45,725 nucleotides of DNA from Pseudonocardiales bacterium (GTDB lineage Bacteria; Actinomycetota; Actinomycetes; Mycobacteriales; Jatrophihabitantaceae): the NCBI GenBank assembly GCA_030840285.1, contig JAVEES010000367.1, positions 1 to 45,725 on the forward strand, written 5' to 3'. Of the stretch, positions 8,758 through 18,240 are shown piece after piece. How positions within the stretch are numbered: the first letter of the stretch is position 1; every line of letters starts with the position of its first letter. A program made the translations under genes and the position numbers. The notes under the pieces are model-generated. The model made no database searches. It was given only the letters and a program-made list of their open reading frames with translations, and was not told the origin of the DNA.

Positions 8758-9563
8758 TCCAGCAACGCATCCAGCGTGGCTGACGGATTCTCAACCGCGG
8801 GTGAGTGAACAGCCGCCGGGATCACGGCATGCGCCGCACCGAGCCTGGCCGCCATGTCAGCTTGAACGCTTGGCGGCCAGGCGTCATCGGCGATGCCATG
8901 CAGGACGAGCATCGCGAGGTTGGTCTCGGCCAGTTCGGCAGTCCGGTCAGGAGCCTCCTGCAGTTCTCGGCCCATCACGCGCAGCCCTACCGGATCGTTG
9001 GCCACGAACCGTGTGTGCAGGAATTCCAGCAACGCCGGGGGTGACTGTCGGTACTTCGAGTCCGCCTGTGATTGTTCAGCGAGGTGCTGCCACAGATGTT
9101 CGATGCCCTGCGAGGCAAGGATGGGCTCGGCCGCCTGCAACGTGTCGCGCCGCTGGCCGCCGATCTGCCCCGGTCCCGAGCCCATCAGGGTGAGCGAGCT
9201 GAACCGTTCTGCCTTGGCCAGCACGGCAGCGCGGGCTACCAGCCCCCCGAAGGAGTGCCCGACCAGATGCAGCGCCGCCGCGTCACCGGCCACGGCGTCC
9301 GCGATCTCCAGGAGGTCGGCGGCAAGGGCATCGATGCGATATCCCTCCGGGTCACGTGCCCACGACGATTCGTACTGACCGCGCTGGTCTATGGCGATGC
9401 AGCGGAATCCGGCCTCGCCAAGCGGCCTGAGCAGCGGCAGGAAGTCCTCCTTGCTCCCCGTGTAGCCAGGCACGAGCAAGATGGTCGGCAGCGCTGCGTG
9501 CGGCCTCGGGTTGCTGTCCAGGGCAGCCGTACGCCCCGTGGAGATGTCGATTGTGGTCCTCAG
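8727..9563 (-). CDS. Alpha/beta hydrolase (Ser-Asp-His); probable non-canonical CTG start
   Basis: LVPGYTGSKEDF, GHSFGG nucleophile elbow, HGIADDAW and HSPA; the frame is open without ATG/GTG up to a CTG overlapping the upstream TGA. Confidence 0.85.
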   Translation of the reverse strand: MRTTIDISTGRTAALDSNPRPHAALPTILLVPGYTGSKEDFLPLLRPLGEAGFRCIAIDQRGQYESSWARDPEGYRIDALAADLLEIADAVAGDAAALHLVGHSFGGLVARAAVLAKAERFSSLTLMGSGPGQIGGQRRDTLQAAEPILASQGIEHLWQHLAEQSQADSKYRQSPPALLEFLHTRFVANDPVGLRVMGRELQEAPDRTAELAETNLAMLVLHGIADDAWPPSVQADMAARLGAAHAVIPAAVHSPAVENPSATLDALLDFWQGKSPAG

Positions 9564-10831
9564 CGACGTCCTGAATAGAACTCCGTTTTAGAGCCTGCGA
9601 GCAGCAGCCCGGTGCCGGCCTCGTACGCCGTCGTCCCGGGCAGTACGCCGCTGTCACCGATCGAAATCTGTTGGGCGGGCTGGCCATTGTTCAGCCGGTA
9701 CAGCACGACGCGTCCCCCAACTGAACCGGTCACGAAGTCAGTTCCCACCAGCGTCGGCTGGGATTCGGTCGGGCCGGACCACAGCAGCTTGCCGGTTGCG
9801 TTGAGGCAGTACAGCGATCCCAACCGGACGAGCTCCACTGATCGATTGCTGCTGTCTGATCCCTCGACCGTGGTCTGGGACCGGGGCAGTGATCGCAACG
9901 AGCTCGTCAGCGCGGCGGCGGATCCGAGCTGCGGACCAGCAGTGATAGCCCCCTTGCCAGCGGACAGCGTGATCGTCCTGCCCGTCGAAGTTGATGCCGC
10001 GGCGATCACCGTGCCGGCGCTGATCGGCAGGTACGGCTGGTCGACCAAGATCGACCAGGTCTCCTTCGCACCGGTCAGTTCGTGTAGCGACAGGTGATAT
10101 TCAGCGCCACAGTGATAGGCCGTCAGCACGCCTTTGGACCCCGCCAGGGATCGATCAACGGTGCAGGCCGGCGGTGCGATCCACCGCCACCGGTCAAGTC
10201 CGCCGGCGTTGTCGAAGACATGGACGGCGGAATCGGAAACGGCCAGCACGACGTTGGGTGCGCTAGCCAGCGCCAGCGAACCGTTGTCCATCAGGGTTCG
10301 ATAGAACTTGGGTTGCCCGGTGGCGGTCACGAATCCCGTCACCTCGTCGCAGTTTTTGCCCCGCTGGTAGATCGCAATGGTCGAACGATCCTGCTGGACC
10401 AGACCGCAGACGAGTTCATCCGCGCGGGTGTAGTGCCATCGGACGGCACCCGTGCGGGCGTCCCGGCCGTTGACGGTGTGACCCGAATAGGTCACCACGA
10501 TGCCCTCTGAATACGGTGTGCCGCCGGCGGCGCGGTCGCTGGTCTGCCATTGAGAACTCAGCGTGCCGGCAATGGAGCCGGTAGGAAGCGACGTGGGCGC
10601 GGGCGCCGTCTGCAATGAGACCTTGTCGAGCTCGCCATGCGCGTAGGCCAGCCGTACCGCCAGGAATGCGACCAGCCCGATGACGAGGATCACCGCGCCG
10701 TAGATCGTCATCGAGCGGCGCGTGCGCGCCCGGTACGCGGCGAGCGCGGGATGCTCGGCCCCGCGGTCGGGCGAGGGGTGCCCACCCGCTTCGTCAGGGG
10801 GATCGGCCTCCGCCAGCCGAGGATCTGTCAC
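9560..10831 (-). CDS. Membrane-anchored PQQ-like beta-propeller protein (Rv3212-like)
   Basis: N-terminal TM helix, then GRDARTGAVRWHY, CDEVTGFVTATG and LNATGKLLW propeller-type repeats; downstream of the DEAD helicase as in mycobacteria. Confidence 0.75.
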   Translation of the reverse strand: MTDPRLAEADPPDEAGGHPSPDRGAEHPALAAYRARTRRSMTIYGAVILVIGLVAFLAVRLAYAHGELDKVSLQTAPAPTSLPTGSIAGTLSSQWQTSDRAAGGTPYSEGIVVTYSGHTVNGRDARTGAVRWHYTRADELVCGLVQQDRSTIAIYQRGKNCDEVTGFVTATGQPKFYRTLMDNGSLALASAPNVVLAVSDSAVHVFDNAGGLDRWRWIAPPACTVDRSLAGSKGVLTAYHCGAEYHLSLHELTGAKETWSILVDQPYLPISAGTVIAAASTSTGRTITLSAGKGAITAGPQLGSAAALTSSLRSLPRSQTTVEGSDSSNRSVELVRLGSLYCLNATGKLLWSGPTESQPTLVGTDFVTGSVGGRVVLYRLNNGQPAQQISIGDSGVLPGTTAYEAGTGLLLAGSKTEFYSGRR

Positions 10832-10845
10832 ACGGACATCCTGTA

Positions 10846-12441
10846 CTAACGAGCTGGGTGTTCGCCGGTGGATGAGCCGGACTCTGATGCCGCCGGCGCA
10901 ACCTGGGCCCCGGACCGGGTCCGGCGGCGGCGGGTACGAGACCGGTTGCCCGAGGACGGACGAGGCTCGCCGGACTCGACCCTGCGTGCCTCCCCATCGC
11001 CCGAGGGTGAGGTCGATGCCGCCGCCGAGCCATCAGCGGCCGCGCCACCCCGCGAACGGGTTCGGGCTCGGCCTGACGAACGCGGGGCCGCCTCGCGAGC
11101 TGGCTGCCGATCCCGGGCGGCACGTTTCGGCTTGCCTCCGAGATCCTCAACGGCCTCGGCGCCCAAGCCTGCCCGGGTTCGTTCGGACCGTGGCAACGTC
11201 CCCTTGGTGTTCTGCGGGATGCCGAGTTCCAGGTAGAGGTGCTCCGAGGTCGAGTACGTCTCGGGCGGCTCGTGGAAGGGCAGGTCCAGTGTGTCGCAGA
11301 TAAGCTTCCACTTGGGCAGGTCGTCCCAGTCGACCAGTGTGACCGAGACGCCTGACTTGCCGGCGCGTGCGGTCCGGCCGATCCGGTGGACGTAGGTCAT
11401 CGCGTCTTCGGGGCACTGGTAGTTGATGACATGGGTGACGTCATCGACATCCAGGCCGCGGGCGGCGACATCGGTGGCGACCAGCACGTCGACCTTGCCG
11501 GAGCGAAACGCGCGCAATGCCTGCTCCCGGGCGCCCTGGCCGAGGTCTCCGTGCACGGCACCGGCAGCGAAACCTCGTTCGACGAGTTCGTCGGCGATCT
11601 TCTGCGCGGTGCGCTTGGTGCGGCTGAAGATCATCGTCAGGCCCCGGCCTTCGGCCTGCAGGATTCGGGCGAGCACCTCGACCTTGTCCATCGCATGTGC
11701 TCGGTAGGCGAACTGCTCGACATGCTCGGTGGCGGGGGTTTCGGTGTCGGATTCGGCGCGGATCTGCATCGGCTGGTTGAGGAACTGCCGGGCCAGCGAC
11801 ACGATCGGGCCAGGCATGGTTGCGGAGAAGAGCATCGTCTGCCGGCCGGCAGGCAGCATGGCCATCAGTTTCTCGATGTCGGGCAGGAACCCGAGATCGA
11901 GCATCTCGTCCGCCTCGTCCAGCACCAGGCAGCGGACGTTACCCAGCTGCAGGTGGCCCTGCTGGGATAGGTCCAGCAGGCGCCCAGGCGTGCCGACCAC
12001 GACGTCGCAGCCCGACTTCAGAGCCTCGACCTGGGGTTCGTAGGCCCGGCCGCCGTAGATCGTCACGACCTTGGCGCCCAGCTTCTTGCCCGCCGTGGTG
12101 AGATCGCCGGCGACCTGAACGGCCAGTTCCCGGGTCGGAGCGATCACCAGCGCTTGCGGCGCGGCACCCCGCTCGCTCGGCACGGCCAACCGGTTCAGCA
12201 TCGGGACGCCGAAGCCCAGGGTCTTGCCGGTCCCGGTCCGCGCCTGACCGATCAGGTCCTGACCTGCCAGCGCGATCGGCAGGGTCAGCTCCTGGATGGC
12301 GAAGGTGTGTTCGATGCCGACCGAGCGGAGCGACTCGACGATCTCGGGGCGGATCGGGAAATCGGAGAACAGCGGGCTCTCTGGTTTGACAGGGGCATGT
12401 GCGGCGAGCGGGGCAGCCGGCTCCGCGACAGGGTCGGTCAT
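10846..12441 (-). CDS. rhlE: DEAD-box RNA helicase (Rv3211/RhlE-like)
   Basis: Q motif TFAIQ, ARTGTGKT, PTRELA, LDEADEM, SAT, HRIGRTAR and an Arg-rich tail; alternative start TTG 12462. Confidence 0.93.
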   Translation of the reverse strand: MTDPVAEPAAPLAAHAPVKPESPLFSDFPIRPEIVESLRSVGIEHTFAIQELTLPIALAGQDLIGQARTGTGKTLGFGVPMLNRLAVPSERGAAPQALVIAPTRELAVQVAGDLTTAGKKLGAKVVTIYGGRAYEPQVEALKSGCDVVVGTPGRLLDLSQQGHLQLGNVRCLVLDEADEMLDLGFLPDIEKLMAMLPAGRQTMLFSATMPGPIVSLARQFLNQPMQIRAESDTETPATEHVEQFAYRAHAMDKVEVLARILQAEGRGLTMIFSRTKRTAQKIADELVERGFAAGAVHGDLGQGAREQALRAFRSGKVDVLVATDVAARGLDVDDVTHVINYQCPEDAMTYVHRIGRTARAGKSGVSVTLVDWDDLPKWKLICDTLDLPFHEPPETYSTSEHLYLELGIPQNTKGTLPRSERTRAGLGAEAVEDLGGKPKRAARDRQPAREAAPRSSGRARTRSRGGAAADGSAAASTSPSGDGEARRVESGEPRPSSGNRSRTRRRRTRSGAQVAPAASESGSSTGEHPAR

Positions 12442-12653
12442 GGTCGGTATCCAATTCTGCAACAGGTGCTACGAGGGGTGGGCACCTGTGGCGCGACCGG
12501 TATGAGGCCGCTGCGCGTCAGACACCCGCAATGACGTGAGGAGCCGGTTCATCGCGGCAACTCGCCGTCAGTCTACCGCCCGGCTGTCCCCGAACCCGCC
12601 AGCCGAGGGATAGCGTGGCCGCGAGCCACGACGACGAGGGAGCTGCCCCATCC

Positions 12654-13328
12654 ATGACGAGCCCGGATGACGAGACGAACGACGGTCTGGACACAGCTGC
12701 GATCGTCGACCTGCTAGGTGCACTGGCCTACGGCGAGTTGACGGCTTTCGACCGGATGGCGGCCGACGCGCGGATGGCGCCCACGGTAACTTTGCGCGCC
12801 GCGCTGTCGGAGATGGCGGCAGTCGAGATGAGTCATTACCGCAAACTGGTCGCCCGGCTAACCGGCATGGGCGCCGATCCGTTCGTCGCGATGGCACCGT
12901 TCGTCGAGGCCGTCGAGACGTTCCACGCGCGCACCGAACCGCGCACCTGGGGGGAGGCATTGGTCAAGGCCTACGTCGGAGACGGGCTGGCGGCTGACTT
13001 CTACCGAGAGGTCGCGGCCTTCGTCGATGCCTCGACGCGCGATCTGGTCGATGAGGCACTGGCTGATGCAGGTAGCTCGGCGTTCGCGGTTCGCGAGGTC
13101 GGCGCGTTGATCGCAGCCGACCCGACCGCAGCGTCCCGCCTGTCGCTGTGGGGACGGCGCCTGGTCGGCGAGGCGATCAGCCAGACCCAGCGGGTCGCGG
13201 CGGAGCGGGATGCCCTCACCCAGCTGATCGTCGGTGGGACGGGCGGGCTCGCGGAGATGGGACAGCTGATCGCCCGGATCACTACCCGCCACACGGAGCG
13301 GATGACCGCGATCGGCCTGTCGAACTGA
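12654..13328 (+). CDS. Ferritin-like (MiaE-like, Rv3210c-type) protein
   Basis: DLLGALAYGELTAF, EMSHY, EALVKAYVGDGLAADFYRE and LWGRRLVGEA; RBS GAGGGAG. Confidence 0.88.
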   Translation: MTSPDDETNDGLDTAAIVDLLGALAYGELTAFDRMAADARMAPTVTLRAALSEMAAVEMSHYRKLVARLTGMGADPFVAMAPFVEAVETFHARTEPRTWGEALVKAYVGDGLAADFYREVAAFVDASTRDLVDEALADAGSSAFAVREVGALIAADPTAASRLSLWGRRLVGEAISQTQRVAAERDALTQLIVGGTGGLAEMGQLIARITTRHTERMTAIGLSN

Positions 13329-13382
13329 CCGCGATCGGCCTGAACGCGTCGCTACTGAACGCGTCGCTACTGAGCGCGTCGC
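13303..13382. repeat. Nested tandem duplications across the stop codon of the ferritin-like gene
   Basis: TGACCGCGATCGGCCTG twice (13303, 13326), then CTGAACGCGTCGCTA about 2.9 times (13340-13382). Confidence 0.8.
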
Positions 13383-13394
13383 GGAAAATCGGGG

Positions 13395-13622
13395 CTACCC
13401 GGCGACGAAACCAACCCGCCGCACATCGGACTGTGCAATCTCGACGTAGGCGACGAGGTTAGCCGGGATGATCACCTTGCGACCGCGCTCGTCAGTCAGC
13501 GACAGCTGCCCGTCGACGCTCTTCAGGGCCGCCGCCACGAGAGACTCGACCTCATCGGGAGTCTGGCTACTCTCAAGCGTGATCTCGCGGGGGGTGTGCA
13601 GCACGCCGATCTTGACCTCCAC
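13395..13622 (-). CDS. DUF3107 family protein (Rv3208A-like)
   Basis: MEVKIGVLHTPREITLES...LTDERGRKVIIP...AYVEI...RRVGF; RBS AGGAGG. Confidence 0.92.
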   Translation of the reverse strand: MEVKIGVLHTPREITLESSQTPDEVESLVAAALKSVDGQLSLTDERGRKVIIPANLVAYVEIAQSDVRRVGFVAG

Positions 13623-13720
13623 GAGGAGCCTCCTGATATCGCAATCTCAAGTGCCGGACGTCCTGCCGGCTTGCAGATCACGCTAGTCGAGGGGCGGCGG
13701 GAAGATGCAACGGACCTCTG

Positions 13721-13734
13721 CGCTGTCAGCGAAC
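13721..13734 (-). promoter_or_regulatory. ClgR-like operator upstream of DUF3107
   Basis: Minus strand GTTCGC-tgaca-GCG matches GTTCGC-N5-GCG; -10 TAGCGT at 13680-13685. Confidence 0.55.
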
Positions 13735-13772
13735 GGCGCGAGCGCACTCGACACGCGCGCCGGCCGGCGATC

Positions 13773-14420
13773 TCAGCCGGCGCTGGGGGCGTTGGTCTGC
13801 AGCGGAAAGTGCGAGATCCCTCGCCACTGAAGTGTTTCCAGCAATCGGATGGCCTCGGCCTTGGTCACCGGGCGGTCCGCGTCCAGCCACCATGTCGCCG
13901 CGATCTGAGCCGCTCCGGTGAGCGCCACGCCGAGGAGCTCGGCCTGCGGCCGGGACAGGCCGGTGTCGGCGGCCACCGTGTCGGCGACAGCCTGCATCGT
14001 CAGCCGCGCAACCCGATCGACCCGCTCCCGGACGGCCGGTTCATTTCCGAGATCGGATTCGAAGATGAGCCGGAATGCACCGTCATCACCACGGTCTTCG
14101 CCGTCGACGAAGTCGAAGTAGGCGGTCATCACATTGTGGATGCGGGCCCGGTTGTCATCGGTCTCGGCCAACGCGCTGCGCACCTGCTGCACCAATGCCT
14201 CGGCGTGCGTGTCCAAAAGCGCGAGATAGAGGTCGAGCTTTCCGGGAAAGTGCTGGTACAGAACAGGTTTGGACACGCCGGCACGCACGGCGATGTCATC
14301 CATTGCCGCAGCGTGATATCCGTTGTTGACGAAGACTTCCTGAGCGGCGGCGAGCAGTTGCTTGCGGCGAGCTGAGCGTGGCAGACGCGCCCCGCGGGCA
14401 GCGTCGACTATCTCGGTCAT
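13773..14420 (-). CDS. fasR: TetR-family regulator, probable ortholog of mycobacterial FasR (Rv3208)
   Basis: RLPRSARRKQLL...GYHAAAMDDIAVRAGVSKPVLYQHF HTH and FRLIFESDL; synteny with DUF3107 and DUF3152. Confidence 0.8.
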   Translation of the reverse strand: MTEIVDAARGARLPRSARRKQLLAAAQEVFVNNGYHAAAMDDIAVRAGVSKPVLYQHFPGKLDLYLALLDTHAEALVQQVRSALAETDDNRARIHNVMTAYFDFVDGEDRGDDGAFRLIFESDLGNEPAVRERVDRVARLTMQAVADTVAADTGLSRPQAELLGVALTGAAQIAATWWLDADRPVTKAEAIRLLETLQWRGISHFPLQTNAPSAG

Positions 14421-14460
14421 GATGACCCTTCTCCAGGCTACGGCCAGCAGCGTCCGATCC

Positions 14461-14476
14461 TACCCGCCAGTATTCT
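14461..14476. promoter_or_regulatory. FasR-type operator TACCCGCCAGTA overlapping the -10 (TATTCT) of the hydrolase gene
   Basis: TAC-N6-GTA at 14461-14472; TATTCT at 14471-14476 lies 7 nt before GTG 14484. Confidence 0.55.
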
Positions 14477-14483
14477 CACAATT

Positions 14484-15518
14484 GTGAACCGCACCTTCGT
14501 CCCCGGTCGGAATCGCCCGGTGCAGAGTCCTTCTCGGACCGCTCCGGCCGCCGAGCTAGCCACCTCCGCGCTGTGCCCGCTCGACGAGGTCGACACCAGC
14601 CGCCCGCCGTGGCCGGGGGAGTTCCACACGATTTCTGGCACGGAGATCTTCGTGCGCGTCACCCCGTCGACCGACCCCGCGGCCCAGCCGGCGCTGTACG
14701 TGCACGGCTTGGGTGGCGCGTCGACGAACTTCACCGACCTGGCGGCGTTGCTGTCGCCCTATCTGGCTGCGCACGCCTTGGACCTGCCGGGATTCGGGCG
14801 CTCCGGGCCGCCGCCCGGTGGCGACTACTCCATCGCCGCGCATGCCCGGATCGTCATCCGTTACCTGGAACGGTCCGGTCGTGGTGCGGTACATCTGGTC
14901 GGCAACTCGATGGGCGGTGCTGTCTCGATCGAAGTCGCGGCACAGCGCCCGGATCTGGTGCGAAGCCTGACCCTCATCTCGCCTGCCGTCCCCGACCTTC
15001 GCCCGCACAAGGGCGGTGATTACCTGCTGCCCTTTCTGCTGCTTCCCGGTGTCGGGATCCGCGCGCTGCAGCGGCTGGACCGCGCGTCGCCGGAGCGCCG
15101 GGCGAAGGCTGTCATCGACCTGTGCTTCGCCCATCCCGATCGCGTGCCTGCGAACCGGCTCGCCGAGGCGGCCGCGGACATCCTGGCAAGGCGGGAGCTG
15201 AGCTGGGCCCACGACGCGATGCTGTCCTCGCTGCGCGGGATCGTGCGGATGTATCTCGCGAGAGGCCCGCGTTCGGCGTGGCGCCTGATGGCGGGGATTT
15301 CAGTGCCATCGCTGGTCCTCTGGGGCACCGAGGACAAGCTCGTCGCCGCATCCAATGCGCCCCGGGTAGCCGCTACCCTGCGCGACGCGACGCTGCTGGT
15401 CCTGCCAGACATCGGACACACCGCTCAACTGGAAGACCCGGTCACGACGGCACGAGCCATCCTGGGGTTGATGGCACGCGCAAATGACGGGCGGAGGCCA
15501 CTCGGTGTGGGAGTCTGA
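14484..15518 (+). CDS. Alpha/beta hydrolase
   Basis: VHGLGGASTNF, DLPGFGRS, GNSMGG, WGTEDKLV and GHTAQLE. Confidence 0.92.
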   Translation: MNRTFVPGRNRPVQSPSRTAPAAELATSALCPLDEVDTSRPPWPGEFHTISGTEIFVRVTPSTDPAAQPALYVHGLGGASTNFTDLAALLSPYLAAHALDLPGFGRSGPPPGGDYSIAAHARIVIRYLERSGRGAVHLVGNSMGGAVSIEVAAQRPDLVRSLTLISPAVPDLRPHKGGDYLLPFLLLPGVGIRALQRLDRASPERRAKAVIDLCFAHPDRVPANRLAEAAADILARRELSWAHDAMLSSLRGIVRMYLARGPRSAWRLMAGISVPSLVLWGTEDKLVAASNAPRVAATLRDATLLVLPDIGHTAQLEDPVTTARAILGLMARANDGRRPLGVGV

Positions 15519-15522
15519 GGGA

Positions 15523-16503
15523 GTGAGTCACCCATCGGCGCCTCAGCGCGAGCGCGCCCGGCAGTCGCCTGCCGGCAGCGAGCGCCGGGAACCAACCCGT
15601 CAGCACCGCTCGGCCTGGCGGCGGTTCGCGGACCGTTGGGGGTGGCGCGCCTATGCCCTGCCCATTCTGGTCGTGCTCACCGTCCTGGCCCTGGCCACGA
15701 CCACGAACTCGCCGCGTGCGGTGAAGAACGCCTTGACCGGAACGGGGCCGGGCAGATCGACCGCATCCTCGGGCCCCGCGATCGCCACCCCGAATCAGCA
15801 GGTCAAGTCCGACAACCCCGGTTCGGGCTCGATCAATTCCGTCCTGCCTGCGCTCAAACTTCCACCCGGGCCCAGTTATACGACACAGGGCACCGGCACC
15901 TACGCCACGATTCCGGGAACGTCGAAGGTGATCGGCAAGGGCACCGTGCACCGGTTCTCGATCGAGGTGGAGAACGGCATCAAGGGCGTCGATCTCAAGG
16001 CCTTCGCCACGACGGTGATGGCTTCGGTCAGCAACGCCCAGTCCTGGACGGCGGACGGCGTCACCGCCCTGCAACGAGTCGACAGCGGTGCCGTCGACTT
16101 CCACGTGACGCTGGTCTCGTCGATGACCGTAAGACAACTGTGCGGTTACGACCAGCCGGTGGAGACTTCCTGCTGGGCGCCGGACGCCGGCAATCGGGTG
16201 GTCCTCAACGTTGCCCGGTGGGTGCGCGGCGCGAAGGCCTACGCCAGCGATCTGGCTACCTATCGAACGTATGCGGTCAACCACGAGATCGGTCACGCGC
16301 TCGGCCACAATCACAGCCACGAGTGCCTGGCCAACGGTCTCGCGCCGATCATGATGCAGCAGACGATCGGCACGAAGACGGCCAGCGGAAAGATCTGCCA
16401 GCCGAATCCCTGGCCGTACCCCAAGGGTGCCAAGGGTGCTCCGGGTCCGGAGGAACCAGGCAGCGGCCCGGACCTCGAGTTCTTCAACCGCAACGCCCAC
16501 TGA
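15523..16503 (+). CDS. DUF3152 membrane-anchored zinc metalloprotease-like protein (Rv3207c-like)
   Basis: WGWRAYALPIL TM segment, ETSC, YAVNHEIGHALGHNH (HEXXHXXGXXH) and APIMMQQT...CQPNPWP. Confidence 0.88.
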   Translation: MSHPSAPQRERARQSPAGSERREPTRQHRSAWRRFADRWGWRAYALPILVVLTVLALATTTNSPRAVKNALTGTGPGRSTASSGPAIATPNQQVKSDNPGSGSINSVLPALKLPPGPSYTTQGTGTYATIPGTSKVIGKGTVHRFSIEVENGIKGVDLKAFATTVMASVSNAQSWTADGVTALQRVDSGAVDFHVTLVSSMTVRQLCGYDQPVETSCWAPDAGNRVVLNVARWVRGAKAYASDLATYRTYAVNHEIGHALGHNHSHECLANGLAPIMMQQTIGTKTASGKICQPNPWPYPKGAKGAPGPEEPGSGPDLEFFNRNAH

Positions 16504-16577
16504 CTCAGCGCCGGTCGAGGCCGTTGCCGCGCCGTGGAGGGTCACAGCCGCGAACTGTCCCGTGATGCGCGAGAATG

Positions 16578-16605
16578 GGAATCGTTGGGTACCGCATCGA
16601 CGTTG
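16578..16605 (+). promoter_or_regulatory. Putative SigH/SigR-type promoter of moeZ
   Basis: GGAAT-N18-CGTTG; moeB is an established SigR/SigH target in actinobacteria. Confidence 0.5.
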
Positions 16606-16694
16606 TGGCTGCGTAACGATTTGTCGCCGGACATGATTGCGCCGGCGTTGTCTGAATAACTGTGTCAACTGTGTCCCGGAAGGACCTCACGTTC

Positions 16695-17855
16695 GTGTCT
16701 CTGCCACCGCTGGTCGAGCCAGCAGCTGAACTGACCATCGACGAGGTACGTCGCTACAGCCGCCACCTGATCATTCCCGATGTGGCGATGGCTGGGCAGA
16801 AGCGGCTGAAGAACGCCAAGGTGCTGGTCATCGGCGCCGGCGGGCTCGGCTCTCCCGCGCTGCTCTACCTGGCTGCCGCTGGAGTAGGGACGCTGGGCAT
16901 CGTCGAGTTCGACACGGTCGATGAGTCCAACCTGCAGCGCCAGATCATCCACGGCCAGTCCGATATCGGTAAGTCCAAGGCGCAGTCGGCCAAGGAGTCG
17001 ATCCTCGAGATCAACCCGCTGGTCACCGTGCAACTGCACGAGACCCGGCTCGAAACCGACAACGTGCTCGACATCTTCGCCGGCTACGACTTGATCGTCG
17101 ACGGCACCGACAACTTCGCGACCCGCTATCTCGTCAACGACGCCGCGGTGCTGCTCGGCAAGCCCTACGTGTGGGGCTCGATCTACCGCTTCGAAGGCCA
17201 GGTCAGCGTCTTCTGGGACGCCCACGGTCCCAACTACCGCGATCTCTACCCCTCACCACCGCCGCCGGGCATGGTTCCTTCCTGCGCCGAGGGCGGAGTG
17301 CTGGGCGTCATTTGCGCCGCGATCGGCTCCGTCATGGTCAACGAGGCGATCAAGCTGATCACCGGCATCGGCGAGACGCTGCTCGGTCGGCTTCTGGTCT
17401 TCGACGCACTCGACATGGAGTGGAACGAGATCAAGATCCGCAAGGACCCGGAAACCCAGCCGATCACCGAGCTGATCGATTACGAGGCGTTCTGCGGTGT
17501 GGTCAGCGAGGAGGCCCAGCAGGCGGCCGCCGGCTCGACGATCACCGCGGCGGAACTGAAGGACCTCATCGACGCGGGCAAGCCGATCGAACTCATCGAC
17601 GTGCGCGAGCCCGCCGAGTGGGAGATCGTCTCGATACCGGGCGCGAAGTTGATTCCCAAGGACCGGATTCTTCGCGGCGAGGCGCTGTCGGAGCTGCCGC
17701 AGGACAAGCAGATCGTGCTCTACTGCAAGACCGGGGTCCGCTCAGCCGAGTCGCTGGCCGCGGTGAAGGCGGCCGGGTTCTCCGACGCGGTACATGTTCA
17801 GGGCGGTGTGATCGGCTGGGTCAAGCAGGTCGACCCTTCGCTGCCCTCGTACTGA
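16695..17855 (+). CDS. moeZ: Adenylyltransferase/sulfurtransferase MoeZ (MoeB plus rhodanese)
   Basis: RRYSRHLIIP, GAGGLGSP, SNLQRQ, PSCAEGGVLG and rhodanese DVRE...YCKTGVRS. Confidence 0.95.
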   Translation: MSLPPLVEPAAELTIDEVRRYSRHLIIPDVAMAGQKRLKNAKVLVIGAGGLGSPALLYLAAAGVGTLGIVEFDTVDESNLQRQIIHGQSDIGKSKAQSAKESILEINPLVTVQLHETRLETDNVLDIFAGYDLIVDGTDNFATRYLVNDAAVLLGKPYVWGSIYRFEGQVSVFWDAHGPNYRDLYPSPPPPGMVPSCAEGGVLGVICAAIGSVMVNEAIKLITGIGETLLGRLLVFDALDMEWNEIKIRKDPETQPITELIDYEAFCGVVSEEAQQAAAGSTITAAELKDLIDAGKPIELIDVREPAEWEIVSIPGAKLIPKDRILRGEALSELPQDKQIVLYCKTGVRSAESLAAVKAAGFSDAVHVQGGVIGWVKQVDPSLPSY

Positions 17856-17896
17856 TCCTGATCCGCCCCGTTACTGATCCGCCAGTTCCGCAGCCG

Positions 17897-18211
17897 ATGC
17901 CGGGGCCCGCTGGCGGCGGCGATCTGGAGCCGCTGGCCGATCGGGTCCTGGCTTGCGTGCAGCTGATCCCGGCCGGTCGCGTGATGTCCTACGGGGATGT
18001 GGCGGAGTTCGTGGGCAGCAGGGCGCCCCGCCAGGTCGGTCGGATACTGGCCTTGGCCGGCGGCACCGTGCCCTGGTACCGCGTACTGCGCTCTGACGGC
18101 AGTTGTGCCGAGCACCTGCATAGCGAGCAAGTGGCGTCGCTGGTGGCCGAAGGCGTGCCGTTCCGCGGTGAGCGGGTCGACATGGCCGCAGCTCGATGGG
18201 ACGGCCGCTGA
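17897..18211 (+). CDS. Alkyltransferase-like (ATL/MGMT-family) DNA-binding protein
   Basis: IPAGRVMSYGDVA...PRQVG...VPWYRV; Trp in place of the catalytic Cys marks the ATL type; upstream of adnA as with Rv3204. Confidence 0.85.
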   Translation: MPGPAGGGDLEPLADRVLACVQLIPAGRVMSYGDVAEFVGSRAPRQVGRILALAGGTVPWYRVLRSDGSCAEHLHSEQVASLVAEGVPFRGERVDMAAARWDGR

Positions 18212-18240
18212 GGCGGTTGGCGCGAGCCGTCCGCGATTTC

